64,000 nucleotides of DNA, taken from contig CAWHTE010000004.1 in the NCBI GenBank assembly GCA_963832165.1, positions 1 through 64,000 on the forward strand. Direction: 5' to 3'. The DNA is from an uncultured delta proteobacterium (GTDB lineage Bacteria > Myxococcota_A > UBA9160 > SMWR01). The position numbers and the translations under genes are program-made. The notes below the pieces were generated by a model that was not told the origin of the DNA, did not search any database, and saw nothing but the letters and a program-made list of their open reading frames with translations. Shown one piece after another: positions 1 through 10,320 of the stretch (positions within the stretch are counted from its first letter, which is position 1; each line of letters opens with the position of its first letter).

Positions 1-1104
1 ACGGCAATCACGCTCACACTTTCATTTCTCGTGTTCACCTTCGGTTCCCTGCTCGTGGCGATTCAGGTCGCAAGCGGGCAATTGACACCGCGCATCATCG
101 CGACGGCGTTGTTGCGCGACAACGTCGTCCGCTACAGCGTGGGCCTGTTCGTTTTTTCGATGCTGTTTGCCCTGGGCGTGTTAGGCAGAACGGAGACCCA
201 GGTTCACGATCTTGCTCTTCTCATCGCTGCGACCCTCGGGTTCCTCAGCATCGCGGGATTCTTGTACTTCATCGACTACACGGCCAGGCTGCTGCGCCCC
301 ATCAGCATCGTGGCGCGAGTGAGCGAGCACGGGATCGCGGTGATCGAAGACGTCTACCCTGATGCGCTGCACGCTCACCCGGACCTGGCTGCCTCGCCGC
401 GTCAACCGCTCGGTACGCCGGACCGGGTCGTCCAACACGAGGGCAGGTCGGAGATCGTCCTTGCCGTGAATCGGGACGTCCTCGTCGCCAAAGCGCAGCG
501 CCTGAACGGGGTGATCGAGTTCGTGCCCCAGGTAGGCGACTTCGTGGCCATGGGTGAACCGATTTTCCGGTTGTACGCCGGCGCCGCCGCGATCGACGAT
601 CGCAAGCTTCGGGAGGCTGCCGTCCTCGGGCCGGAGCGCACGCTCGAACAAGACCCCATGTTCGCATTTCGCATCCTGGTCGATATCGCCATCAAGGCCT
701 TGTCGCCGGCCATCAACGATCCGACGACTGCCGTGGTGGCCATCGATCAGCTTCATCGCCTGCTGCGCTTGGTGGGCCGGCGGCATCTGCACAACGAGGA
801 GATCGCGGATGGCGCGGGACGACTGCGTGTGATCCTCCGGACGCCCGATTGGCAGGACTTCGTGCACCTGGTCTTCTTCGAAATACGCCACTACGGCGCG
901 GAGAACATCCAGATTGCGCGGCGACTGCGTGCGATGACCGAAAATCTCATCCAGACCTTGCCCGATCTCCGCCATCCCGCCTTGCGCCAGCAGTTGGAGC
1001 TGCTCGATCGCGCGCTCGAGAAGCACTACGCATTTCCAGAGGACTTGGCGCTTGCCCGGATCGCAGATTCGCAGGGTCTGGGTGGTGCTTCAGGCACGAA
1101 CTGA
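1..1104 (+). CDS. DUF2254-family predicted membrane protein (5' truncated by window)
   Basis: Motifs 'QVASGQLTPR', 'ERTLEQDPMFAFRILVDIAIKALSPAINDPTTA' are typical of DUF2254; the frame is open from base 1. Confidence 0.85.
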   Translation, partial: TAITLTLSFLVFTFGSLLVAIQVASGQLTPRIIATALLRDNVVRYSVGLFVFSMLFALGVLGRTETQVHDLALLIAATLGFLSIAGFLYFIDYTARLLRPISIVARVSEHGIAVIEDVYPDALHAHPDLAASPRQPLGTPDRVVQHEGRSEIVLAVNRDVLVAKAQRLNGVIEFVPQVGDFVAMGEPIFRLYAGAAAIDDRKLREAAVLGPERTLEQDPMFAFRILVDIAIKALSPAINDPTTAVVAIDQLHRLLRLVGRRHLHNEEIADGAGRLRVILRTPDWQDFVHLVFFEIRHYGAENIQIARRLRAMTENLIQTLPDLRHPALRQQLELLDRALEKHYAFPEDLALARIADSQGLGGASGTN

Positions 1105-1219
1105 TGGAATGCCACTTCTCGGACTCGGCAGGAATCCAGCTCGGATTTCCTATGCTCGACGAAGACGTTTCGTCGACGCGTGTCAGAGCACGACGGGGCG
1201 TTCCCTCGGCTGACTGTCG

Positions 1220-2561
1220 TTAGTCAGCAGGGATCAGGAGATCCGAGATCAGCCACTCCTGGAGCAGCTCGGCGTACTCGGCCTTCAGGCACTTGAACAG
1301 GATCTTCCGCTCCGCCGTGGTGAGTCCGCCCGAATCCGCCACGCCCGGAGGCATCGGGGCCTCCGCATTCTCGACCACCTTGTGGAAGATCGTGATCCGG
1401 CTCGTGCCGGCGCGCAGGATTCCGCGCATGGACCCGTCGTGGCACTGCTCGCAGTCCATCCGGTCCACGATCTCCTTGCGCCGCGACTCCGAAAGGCCTG
1501 CGGCGCAACCCTTCTCCGCGAGCTCGGCTCGGCCCGACCGACTCGACGGTCCAAACAGCGGGCCGTTCTCCGAACCGCTGTACCCGGTGGGCCCGAACAC
1601 GGCCAGATGGCTCGTCATGCTCTTGACGTTCTCGAGCTGAGCCGCGAGGTCGTCGCCCGAGAGCATCGTGCCCTCGGGCTTGATCGCGATGCCGCCGCCG
1701 GCCGCGCGCGTCCCTCGTCGCGGGAACCACCGGCCGCAGCCCGCTCGGATGGCAGGAATAACACTTCGAGAGCTCGGACTTGCTGCTTCCCCCCTCCGGC
1801 ACGAAGCCATTGGAGGTGCGCGAGTAGCCGCGGAAGGCCACCACCTCGCCGAAGTCGACGGGCGACGTGGTGTCCGAGGCGGTCTGGCGTGCGAGGAAGT
1901 CCACGTTCCGTCCGAGCCTGCCGGTGCTGTCGTTGATCGCGATCTGGATCCACTGCTCGAAGCGCGGCGGATCTTCGCTGTCGGGCACACGGATCAGAAT
2001 CCGTGCGGCGCCGTCATTGTCGTTCTTCACGGACGTCGAGCTGAACTTGATCCACTGAGCGCCGGGAATCGCCTCGACCGCGTCGATCAGCTCCTGCACC
2101 TTGCCACTCTTCGAAGCGTTCTCGAGGCTGGGCGGCACTTGCATCAGAGCGCCCACGCCCGTCGACTCCGAGCGGAAGATCCGGTCGGTGGCCTCGCGGT
2201 ACTCCTCGTCGGTGATCGAGAGCCCCATCTGGCTCTTCGTTCCGCTTCCCGTGGGTCGCCGCGTGCTCGAGGGCGCCGTCGTGTTCCTGCAGTTGTATTG
2301 CAGGAAGCCGAACGCCTTGACCATGGGGGTGATGACCTCGTCGCTGCTGCACTCCCAGTCGCAGGCCTTGTTGACCTTTCCGCTCCCCTCGTTGAGCGAC
2401 AGTTGGCGGGCGGTGATCTTGTACGTCCTCGAGATATCGGCCGCTCCCGACTCGAGCGTCGTCTTCAGGGTCTCGTCGTCGAGCTCGCAGACGTCCCGGG
2501 CATCCGCCGCGATGGGGATGAGGACGAGCAGGGCTGCAGCGAGAAGCCTGGACCGTGTCAT
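1220..2561 (-). CDS. Secreted di-heme cytochrome c-like protein, split by one frameshift near 1710-1720
   Basis: Signal peptide MTRSRLLAAALLVLIPIAADA; CYSCH in ORF 1224..2561; CEQCH and 'MPP' in overlapping frame 1220..1990; the two frames join into one coherent protein. Confidence 0.65.
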
Positions 2562-2586
2562 GGGATCCTCCCGTCGAGAAGACCGG

Positions 2587-3391
2587 TCAGCTCACCGTCT
2601 CCGCGCTGTAGCGCGCGATCAATCCCGTGCGCACGGCTCGGTGGTGGACGCGCGTGAAGTACGCATAGCCGAGCAGGATGTAGAGCACGGCGAGCGCGGC
2701 ACCGCCGAGCAGCGAGCTCGCCGGCAAATGCGTCGCCGCGGACGATCGCGCGCATCCCCTCGAACACGTACGAAGGCGGCAGCCCGTGCGCCACGACCTG
2801 CATCCAGTCCGGCAGCGTCGACACGGGGTAGAAGACGCCCGCGAACGGGGAGATCAGCGCCGGGACGGGCCACACGAACCATTCCGAAGCCGGTCCGAGG
2901 CGCAGCACCACGGCGCTCGTGAAGATGCCCAGCGCGATCCCGAACAGCCACAACACGAGCAGGAACGGGACCAGCAGCAGACCGTACGAGAGGAACGAGA
3001 GCCCGAACAGGGTGGATGCCAGCACGAGCATCACGGCCAGCCCGATCAGGCTGGTCGCGATGCTGCTCACGACGAGCCCGGCGACGTACTCGGAGATCGC
3101 GAGCGGCGACGCGAACAGGTTGAGGAAGTTTCGCGACCAGACGTCTTCGAGGAACGTCGTGGAGACGCCCTGCATCACGCGCGTGTGGAAATCCCAGAGC
3201 AGCACGGCGCCGAGCAGCGCCGGCACGAAGTCCACGGACGCGTTGGAGACCGAGTTGAGATAGCGCGTGATGAATCCCCACAGCACGATGTCGATCGTCA
3301 CCCACGCGAACAGCGGCAGCACGCGCGCGGGACTTCCCCGCATCAGATAGAGCTGGCGCAGGACGATTGCGAGCACGGGGCTTCCCCGCAC
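2587..3391 (-). CDS. ABC-2 type transporter permease (frameshift near 2725)
   Basis: Multi-TM protein with 'GVFYPVSTLPDW...LPPSYVFEGMR'; last TM and tail 'LLGGAALAVLYILLGYAYF...RTGLIARYSAETVS*' are in another frame with stop at 2587-2589. Confidence 0.85.
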
Positions 3392-3392
3392 G

Positions 3393-4157
3393 CTAGTCAG
3401 CCTCCAGCGTCAGGGGCTCGCGCGCCACGGTGATGAAGAGCTCTTCGAGCGTCTGTTTTCCGTGCTCGCCGGGCAGCTTCTTCGGATCCCCTTCGAGCAG
3501 GATCCGCCCATGCGAGAGGAAGAGCACGCGATCACAGACCTCCGTGACCTCGACCATGTTGTGCGAAGTCCATAGCACGGCAGTTCCGCGTCTCGCGATG
3601 CCGAGGATCACGGCGCGGATGTCGCGCGCCGCCGAGGGATCGAGCGAGGCCGTGGGCTCGTCGAGCAGCAGCAGGTGCGGCCGGTTCAACATCGCCTTCG
3701 CGAGTCCCACGCGCGTCTGCTCGCCCGACGAGAGCAGGCCGCACTTCGTCTGGCGAAAGCGCTCGAGCTCGAACTCCGCGAGCAGCTCCTCGATGCGCAG
3801 TTGGAGCTTCTGCACGCGGTAGATCAGGCCGAAGAAGCGCAGGTTCTGCTGCACGGTCAGGTTGCCGGGCAGCGGCGCGTACACGGCCGCAAAATTGGTG
3901 CGCGCGAGCGCCTGCAGTCGTCGGCGGGCGACGTCGTTCCCTTCGATCGTCACCGCGCCCGAGGTCGGCTCGAGCACGCCGAGGATCATGTTGATCGTGG
4001 TGGTCTTGCCCGCGCCATTGGGGCCGAGCAGGCCGACGATCTCACCGGGCTCGACGCGAAAGGAGATGTCGTCCACCGCGACGGTCGTGCCGTAGGTCTT
4101 GCCCAGGTGGTCGACGCTCAGCGCGGCGGCCGCCGCGGGCGGCTCACGCATCGCCAT
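3393..4157 (-). CDS. ABC transporter ATP-binding protein
   Basis: Walker A GPNGAGKTT, signature LSSGE, Walker B LLLLDEPT, H-loop SH. Confidence 0.95.
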   Translation of the reverse strand: MAMREPPAAAAALSVDHLGKTYGTTVAVDDISFRVEPGEIVGLLGPNGAGKTTTINMILGVLEPTSGAVTIEGNDVARRRLQALARTNFAAVYAPLPGNLTVQQNLRFFGLIYRVQKLQLRIEELLAEFELERFRQTKCGLLSSGEQTRVGLAKAMLNRPHLLLLDEPTASLDPSAARDIRAVILGIARRGTAVLWTSHNMVEVTEVCDRVLFLSHGRILLEGDPKKLPGEHGKQTLEELFITVAREPLTLEAD

Positions 4158-4644
4158 CGCCGAGCGTCGCCGCGCCGATCTCGAACTCGAGCACGCGCGG
4201 CGCGAAGACGCCGAAGCTCGCCTCGCCGCGCTGACGCCGCGGCGGCGCGCCCGGGACCTCCGTGACGAGCTCGTACGGTGCGCGGTCGACGCCGCGCGCG
4301 CAGCGGATCATGAAGTCGACACCGACGCGGTAGCGGCCCGCGGCCGCGCGGGGGAACTCGACCGTCTCCACGCGCGGAGCGAGCGAGTCGCAGCGTCGAT
4401 CGGCGACGAGCCGGCCGCGGTCGTGCGACGCGTCGTTGGCGAAGTAGACGGCTTCTTCGCCGGGTCCGGTCACGTAGAGATCGAGATCGACCTCCGCGCC
4501 GAACACGAGCGAGACGCGCACGGCGTCGGCGGGCGCCGGGTTCGCGAGCAGCTCGGTGGCCGCGGCGCCGGAGAGCTCGGGCGGCCCCGCGCACGCGAGC
4601 GCGAGCGGCACCAGCAGCGCGCGGGCGATAGCATCGCGCGCCAT
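4144..4644 (-). CDS. Putative lipoprotein with YfaP/DUF2135-like domain
   Basis: Lipobox-like 'LALAC' and motif 'DLDLYVTGPGEEAVYFAN..GRLVAD'; start codon uncertain. Confidence 0.55.
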   Translation of the reverse strand: MARDAIARALLVPLALACAGPPELSGAAATELLANPAPADAVRVSLVFGAEVDLDLYVTGPGEEAVYFANDASHDRGRLVADRRCDSLAPRVETVEFPRAAAGRYRVGVDFMIRCARGVDRAPYELVTEVPGAPPRRQRGEASFGVFAPRVLEFEIGAATLGDGDA

Positions 4645-6467
4645 GCGCAGCTCGAGCTGGTTCACCCACATCGCGGCGATTCTATCGGTGACACCGATCG
4701 CCGTCGCTGCCGGTGCGGCAGAGCGCGTGCGCGGCGCGGTGCTCGGACCGGCGGGCGAGCCCGTGGTCGGCGCGTTCGTGACGTTCCAGCGCGGCGAGCC
4801 CGCGCACCGCGTCACGGTACTGACCGACGAGCGCGGGCGCTTCGAGGCGCCGCTCGTGGCGGCCGGGAGCGCGCAGATCGCGGTGCGGCGGATCGGCTGG
4901 CGGGATCTGCGCCGGGAAGACGTCGCGCTCGAGAACGGCCAGTGGCTCGGGCTCTCCCTCGAGCCCGAAACCGATCCCGCCGAGCTCGCCGCGCAGCTGC
5001 CCGCGAACCGCTGGTACGACCTCGTGCTGCGCCGGATCGAATCGCCCGCGCAGCGCGAGGAGCTCGTGCGCCAGTGCACGTTCTGTCACCAGCAGGGGAG
5101 CTCCGCGACGCGCCGCGTGCGCGACCCGGAAGAGTGGCGCAAGGTGCTGCACCTGATGGGGCGCATGGGCGGCATGCTCTCCGAAGACCTGCGCGCTGTG
5201 CTGCCCATCGATCCTCAACGAGGCCTACGCGCCCGAGACGGCGGTCGCTGCGCTCACGACGGCCGTCGACCGCGCCGACTTCACACGGCCGCCCGAGCCC
5301 GATGCGCGCCGCGCCGTGATCGAAGAATGGGACCTGGGCGGCCGCGCCTCGATGCAGCACGACCTCGTCGTGCACCGCGACGGCCGGATCTATTCCGTGG
5401 ACATGCCCCAGGACCAGCTCTACCGGCTCGATCCCGCCACGGGGGCGCGCGAGGCGTGGCCGATCCCGCGCGGCGATCTGCCGCTGGGCGGCGTGTTCGC
5501 GACGGGCGGCCCCCCCGACACGCCGAGCTCGAACGCGCACGTCGGCCCGCACTCGCTCCAGGTAGCGCCGGACGGATCGATCTGGATCACGCTCGCGCTC
5601 GGCAATCAGCTCGCGCGCTTCGACCCCGCGACGGAATCGTTCACGACGGTCTCGCTCGCGCACGGCTACTACCCGCACACGCTGCGCTTCGATTCGCGCG
5701 GCCGTATCTGGTACACGATCGCGGGCTCCAACCACCTCGGGATGTGGGATCCCGCCGCACACGCGGGCCGCGAGCTGCGCCTGCCCTCGCGCACGCTCGG
5801 CCAGGCGGTCGCGATGCGCATGATGCCGCTCGCGCTCTGGCTCGGACGCCATTTCGACGTGCGCGGCGCCGCGGCCGACGGCGACGGCTTCACCGCGCCG
5901 ATTCCCTACGGCATCGACATCGCGCCCGACGGCTCGGTCTGGTTCAGCCAGCTCAACGACCACCGGATCGGCCGCGTCGACCCCGACGATTTCTCGATCG
6001 AGATGATCGAGACGCCGTTCTCGGGGCCGCGCCGGATGCGCTTCGACGCGCGCGGCAACCTCTGGATCCCGGGCTTCTCGTCGGGCGTGGTGGCGCGCTT
6101 CGACCCGCGCACGCGCGAGTTTCGCGAGTTTCCGCTTCCTGCCTCGCCGCGCGGCAGCGACACCCCGTACGCGCTGCACGTGCACCGGCCGACGGGCCAG
6201 GTCTGGATCTGCGGTACCAACAGCGACTCGCTCTACCGGTTCGAGCCCGAGACCGAGCGCTTCACGGTCTTCCCGCTGCCCACGCGTGTCACCTACACGC
6301 GCGAAATCGACTTCGACAGCGCGGGCCGCGTCTGGACCTCGAACTCGAACGTGCCCGCGTGGCAGATCGAGGGCGGCACGCCGCGCGTGCTGCGCCTCGA
6401 TCCGCGCGGTGTCGTAGCCGAGGAGATCGCGAGCGCAGTTGCGGTGGGGCCGGAGCCTTCGCACTAG
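4643..6467 (+). CDS. Carboxypeptidase-regulatory-like domain + CxxCH cytochrome c + Vgb-lyase-like beta-propeller protein (frameshift near 5207)
   Basis: N-part 'VRGAVLGPAGEPVVGAFV...VLTDERGRF' and CTFCH; removing one base in 'ctgcccatcgatc' joins it to the propeller repeats (PYGIDIAPDGSVWFS, PRRMRFDARGNLW) of ORF 5316..6467. Confidence 0.75.
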
Positions 6468-6635
6468 AGCGGACGCAGATTCAGCCGGGCCTTCGCGCTC
6501 GCTTCTTGCTCGCGCTCGGGCTCCGGCCTTCGCTCGGCCGCGCCTCGCTGCGCGTCGGCCGACCATCGTCGGCCTCCTTGCCGCCTCAAGCGCCCGGGAG
6601 CGGGCGCCGAAACGCCAAGCGTTGCGGGGGCATGC

Positions 6636-7640
6636 GTGAAGGTACGGCTGCGGATCGCGGACAATGGAGCCGTCGAGGGCGACGGCCGCGTCGACACGCG
6701 CCATCGCGGGCATTCGTACGCCCTGCTGCACGGGCCGGCCACGCTGTTGATCGGGGTGGACGAGGCGCACGAACTGCCCGATCGCCACGCCGTCGTACTC
6801 GCGGGCGATCTCTCGCGGCTCGCGTTTCCCGAGCTCGTGAGTTTGATCGTGCAGGGACGGATCAGCGGGGTGCTGCGCGTGTTCGGCAGCTCCGCCACGC
6901 GCACCGTGGTGTTCTCCGCGGGCGAAGTGCGCGGCGCGTACTCGGATCGCGTGAGCGAGCGGCTCGGCGAGATCGCGGTGCGCATGGGCATGATCAAGCG
7001 CGAGGACATGGAAGGGCTGCCCGGCGGCGATCCGCGGCGCGTGGGCCGGATCGCGGTAGAGCGGGGGCTGATCTCCGAACGCGATCTGTGGAAGGCGGTC
7101 CAGGAGCACGTCACCACCGTGTTCCAGGCGATCCTGCTCGAGACGCGCGGCGCCTTCGTGCTCACGGACGAGCGCTATGACGACACGCTCACGGTGCCGG
7201 GCCTGTCGGGCGAGGGCCTCCTGATGGAGGGCGTGCGCCGGCTCGACGAGCTGCGCGTCCTGCGCTCTGGCGGCGACGGCGAGCCTGCGCGCGTGCTCGC
7301 GGCGTTCAACGCGGCGTTCCGCGACATCTTCGCCACCGCCGACGATGCGGGCGCGGGTGAGGCGCTGCGGCGCGCCGCCGAGACGGTCTTCGAGGACGAT
7401 CCGAGCCACGCGGCATTCCGCTCGCTGCGCTTCTCGCGCGGCGGCGATCTCGCGGTGGACCAGGTGCTCCCGCTGCTCGCTTCGGAAGGCGACATCGGCG
7501 GGCACGACCCCGGCGAGCGGCTCTCGGACCTGCTCTCGAAGGCGATGCTGTTCCTGCTCTTCGTCGCGGGCGCACATCTCGAGCCCGGCGTGCACCAGGA
7601 GCTGCACTCGCGCGTGAAGGCGCGCGTCAGCCGCGACTAG
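6636..7640 (+). CDS. DUF4388 (PatA-N-like) domain protein
   Basis: 'LAGDLSRLAFPELVSLI...SGVLRV...ERLGEIAVRMGMI...GLLMEGVRRLDE'. Confidence 0.8.
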   Translation: MKVRLRIADNGAVEGDGRVDTRHRGHSYALLHGPATLLIGVDEAHELPDRHAVVLAGDLSRLAFPELVSLIVQGRISGVLRVFGSSATRTVVFSAGEVRGAYSDRVSERLGEIAVRMGMIKREDMEGLPGGDPRRVGRIAVERGLISERDLWKAVQEHVTTVFQAILLETRGAFVLTDERYDDTLTVPGLSGEGLLMEGVRRLDELRVLRSGGDGEPARVLAAFNAAFRDIFATADDAGAGEALRRAAETVFEDDPSHAAFRSLRFSRGGDLAVDQVLPLLASEGDIGGHDPGERLSDLLSKAMLFLLFVAGAHLEPGVHQELHSRVKARVSRD

Positions 7641-7642
7641 TT

Positions 7643-7731
7643 GTAGGGCGGGTTAGGCCGAAGGCCGTAACCCGCCGCATGAACCGCGCATCGCCATGGC
7701 GGATTACGCCCTTTGGGCTAATCCGCCCTAC
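7643..7731. repeat. Inverted doublet of GTAG-type REP sequences (REPIN-like)
   Basis: 7643-7676 GTAGGGCGGGTTAGGCCGAAGGCCGTAACCCGCC and the reverse complement of 7698-7731, GTAGGGCGGATTAGCCCAAAGGGCGTAATCCGCC; each is a palindrome behind a GTAG foot; lies between convergent genes. Confidence 0.85.
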
Positions 7732-8569
7732 GAGCGCGAAGCCACACGAGCCCGAGGCCTGCGCACAGGATCGCCACCGTCATGTGCGCGGGCGGCGTGT
7801 CCCAGTAGTTTGCGAACACGAAGCCGACCACGGCCGCCGCGACCGCGAGCACGGGCGCGAGCCAGATCAGCGACTTCACCTCGCGCACGAGGTGCTTTGC
7901 GCACAGCGCCGGCAGCACGAGACATCCGAACGTGTAGAGCGTGCCGGAGACGCGGATCGAGAGTCCCACCGCGAGGCCGAGCCACACGGCGAGCGCGGCG
8001 TGCCACGCGCGGGTGCGCAGTCCGACGGTGTCCGCCATCTCGGGGTCGATCGCGAGCAGCCGCAGCGCCGCGTGATGGCGCGCCACGAGCAGCGCCGTGC
8101 ATGCGGCGAGCACGCCGAACACCGCGAGGTCGACCGATGTGGCGCCGAGCAGCGTCGAGAACAGCAGGTGGTGCACCTCCTCGAGACCGTGCGGGTCGCG
8201 GGCGAGCAGGAGTGTGGGCAGGCTCGCCGCGACCAGGAACACCCAGCCGGTCACCGCCTCGGCGCTCTCGCGTCCGCCGCCGCGCCGCAGCACCGTGAAC
8301 AGCGCCGTGGCGACCGCGGTTGCCACGGCCAGTCCCGAGGCCACCGCATCGCCGCGGAAGTAGTCGAGACTCGCCGTGGCGCCGAGCCCGCCGATCCAGA
8401 GTGCCGCGGCCACGCCGAGCGTCGAGGCCTGCGCGACCGCCACACCCAGGAAGATCTGGTCGCGCGCCACCACCCAGACGCCCACCAGCGCGAGCAGGAA
8501 CGCGATCGCCCAGCCCGCGAGGTAGGAGGTCGCGAACAGCGGCCACGACGAGAGGAAGGCGTCGATCAC
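7718..8569 (-). CDS. Zn/Mn ABC transporter permease (ZnuB/MntB family)
   Basis: Hydrophobic multi-TM protein, 'GVWVVARDQIFLGVAVAQ', 'GTLYTFGCLVLPA'; last gene of the metal uptake operon. Confidence 0.85.
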   Translation of the reverse strand: MIDAFLSSWPLFATSYLAGWAIAFLLALVGVWVVARDQIFLGVAVAQASTLGVAAALWIGGLGATASLDYFRGDAVASGLAVATAVATALFTVLRRGGGRESAEAVTGWVFLVAASLPTLLLARDPHGLEEVHHLLFSTLLGATSVDLAVFGVLAACTALLVARHHAALRLLAIDPEMADTVGLRTRAWHAALAVWLGLAVGLSIRVSGTLYTFGCLVLPALCAKHLVREVKSLIWLAPVLAVAAAVVGFVFANYWDTPPAHMTVAILCAGLGLVWLRARRAD

Positions 8570-9318
8570 AGGCGCAGCTCGTCGAGGCGATCGAGCGGCA
8601 CGCCGAACGTCGCCTCGAGGTCGCCCGGCACGAGCACCTCGTCGCGCGCACCCGCGCGCACGCGGCCGGCATGGAACAGCGCCACGTGGGTCGCATAGCG
8701 CGCGGCGATCCGCAGCTTGTGGGTCACGAAGAGCACCGTGAGGTGCTCCGCGCGGTGCAGCTCTTCGATCGTGGCGAGGAACGCCTCCTCCGAGGCCACG
8801 TCGAGACCCTCGGTCGGCTCGTCGAGCACGAGCAGGCGCGGTCGGCGGACGAGCGCTCTCGCGACGAGCGCGCGCTGGCGCTGGCCGCCCGAGAGCGCCC
8901 GCAGGTCGCGATCGGCGAGCTCAGCGAGGCCGACGCGCGCGAGCGCCCACGCGAGCGACGAAGAATCGCGCGCGGAACGCGCGAGCCCGACTGCACCCAG
9001 CACTACGAACTCGCGGACCGTGATGGGCAATGTCGGGTTGGTGCGGCACTGCTGCGGCACGAAGCCCGTGTGCTCGAGCGATGCGTTCGCGGGGTCGCGC
9101 TCGATCGCGCCCGCGAGTGGATGGAGCAGCCCCAGCACCGCGCGGAGCAGCGTGGTCTTGCCCGAGCCGTTCGGCCCGAGCAGGAACCAGTACTCCCCGG
9201 CCCGCACGCTCCACTGCACGTCCGAGAGCACGCGGCGCCCCGGATACCCGAGCTCGAGGTTGCGCACCTCGATCACGGGACGTTCCGGCGCGGGGGTCAC
9301 CGCGGGCTCAGCCGGCAC
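8566..9318 (-). CDS. Zn/Mn ABC transporter ATP-binding protein (ZnuC family)
   Basis: GPNGSGKTT, 'GFVPQ', LSGGQRQR, LVLDEPT. Confidence 0.9.
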   Translation of the reverse strand: MPAEPAVTPAPERPVIEVRNLELGYPGRRVLSDVQWSVRAGEYWFLLGPNGSGKTTLLRAVLGLLHPLAGAIERDPANASLEHTGFVPQQCRTNPTLPITVREFVVLGAVGLARSARDSSSLAWALARVGLAELADRDLRALSGGQRQRALVARALVRRPRLLVLDEPTEGLDVASEEAFLATIEELHRAEHLTVLFVTHKLRIAARYATHVALFHAGRVRAGARDEVLVPGDLEATFGVPLDRLDELRL

Positions 9319-10312
9319 CGAATACCTGCTTCACGTCGTAGTCGATCATCGCGACGTAGTCGTCGGTGCCCGGGCGCGATCCGACTTGGTGCGCCATCGG
9401 CACGACTCGCACGCCGCTCTGCTTCGCGACGAAGCGCGCGTGGCGCGGGTCGAAGTAGACCGTCGCGAGCAGCACCGGGATCTTCTCGGCGCGGATCCGC
9501 TCGATCACCTTCTGAAGGTGAGCTGTGGTCGGCGCGATCCCGGGCTTCGGCTCGAGCGTCTCGACCATCTCGAGACCGAAGCGGTGGGCGAAGTAGGGCC
9601 AGTAGCGGTGGTCCTGCACTGCGCGCCGCACGGACGACGCCTTCGCGCGGCCGAGCCAGCCGCCGAGCTCCGCGTCGTTCGCGAGCGCACCCGAGCGGAC
9701 CCTCGCGGCGATCTCGTCTGGAGTCCCGCGTGCCGCGAGCTTCTCGCCGACGAGCGCTGTGACGATCTGCTTCGCGAGCTTCGCATGGCCGGCCTCGAAG
9801 CGCGCCGCGTCGTCGGGCCGTAGCCCCGTGAAGCGGTCGCGCAGCAGGCCCGCGATGGCGAGACCGTTCAGCGGGTCGGTCAAGTAGTGCGGGTTCCCGC
9901 GCGCGTGCACGTCGCCCATCGAGCGGTCGAGGCGCCCGGTGGGTACCTCGAGCGGCTCGATCGCCATCGACGCGTCGATGTAGCCGCGGCCGCCCGGGCT
10001 CACCTCGTCGTTTCGCGCGGCCGGCAGTACCGCGGGCAGCCAGCCGACCTCGAGATCCATCCCGAGCACCACCAGCACGTCCGCGCGGTGGAGGTTGGAG
10101 ACGAAGCTCGGGCGCGGCTCGACGAAGTGAACGTCCTGCGGCCCCTTGGTGAGGCTCGTGACTTCCACCGCATCTCCGCCCACGACGCGGGCCAGGTCGG
10201 CGAGATCGGGTGTCGTGGTGACGACGCGCAGCGGCCTGGCGGCGGCGCCGAACGCGAGCAGGGAAATCGCGGCGAGAGCGGCAAGGGCACGGGGTCGGAT
10301 CGAAGGTCTCAT
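9308..10312 (-). CDS. Zn/Mn ABC transporter substrate-binding protein (ZnuA family)
   Basis: Signal peptide, 'VVTTTPDLADL...QDVHFVEPRPS', 'DRSMGDVHARGNPHYLTDP', 'LEPKPGIAPT'; true start is ATG 10312 within ORF 9308..11680. Confidence 0.9.
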   Translation of the reverse strand: MRPSIRPRALAALAAISLLAFGAAARPLRVVTTTPDLADLARVVGGDAVEVTSLTKGPQDVHFVEPRPSFVSNLHRADVLVVLGMDLEVGWLPAVLPAARNDEVSPGGRGYIDASMAIEPLEVPTGRLDRSMGDVHARGNPHYLTDPLNGLAIAGLLRDRFTGLRPDDAARFEAGHAKLAKQIVTALVGEKLAARGTPDEIAARVRSGALANDAELGGWLGRAKASSVRRAVQDHRYWPYFAHRFGLEMVETLEPKPGIAPTTAHLQKVIERIRAEKIPVLLATVYFDPRHARFVAKQSGVRVVPMAHQVGSRPGTDDYVAMIDYDVKQVFGAG

Positions 10313-10320
10313 GACGGACC

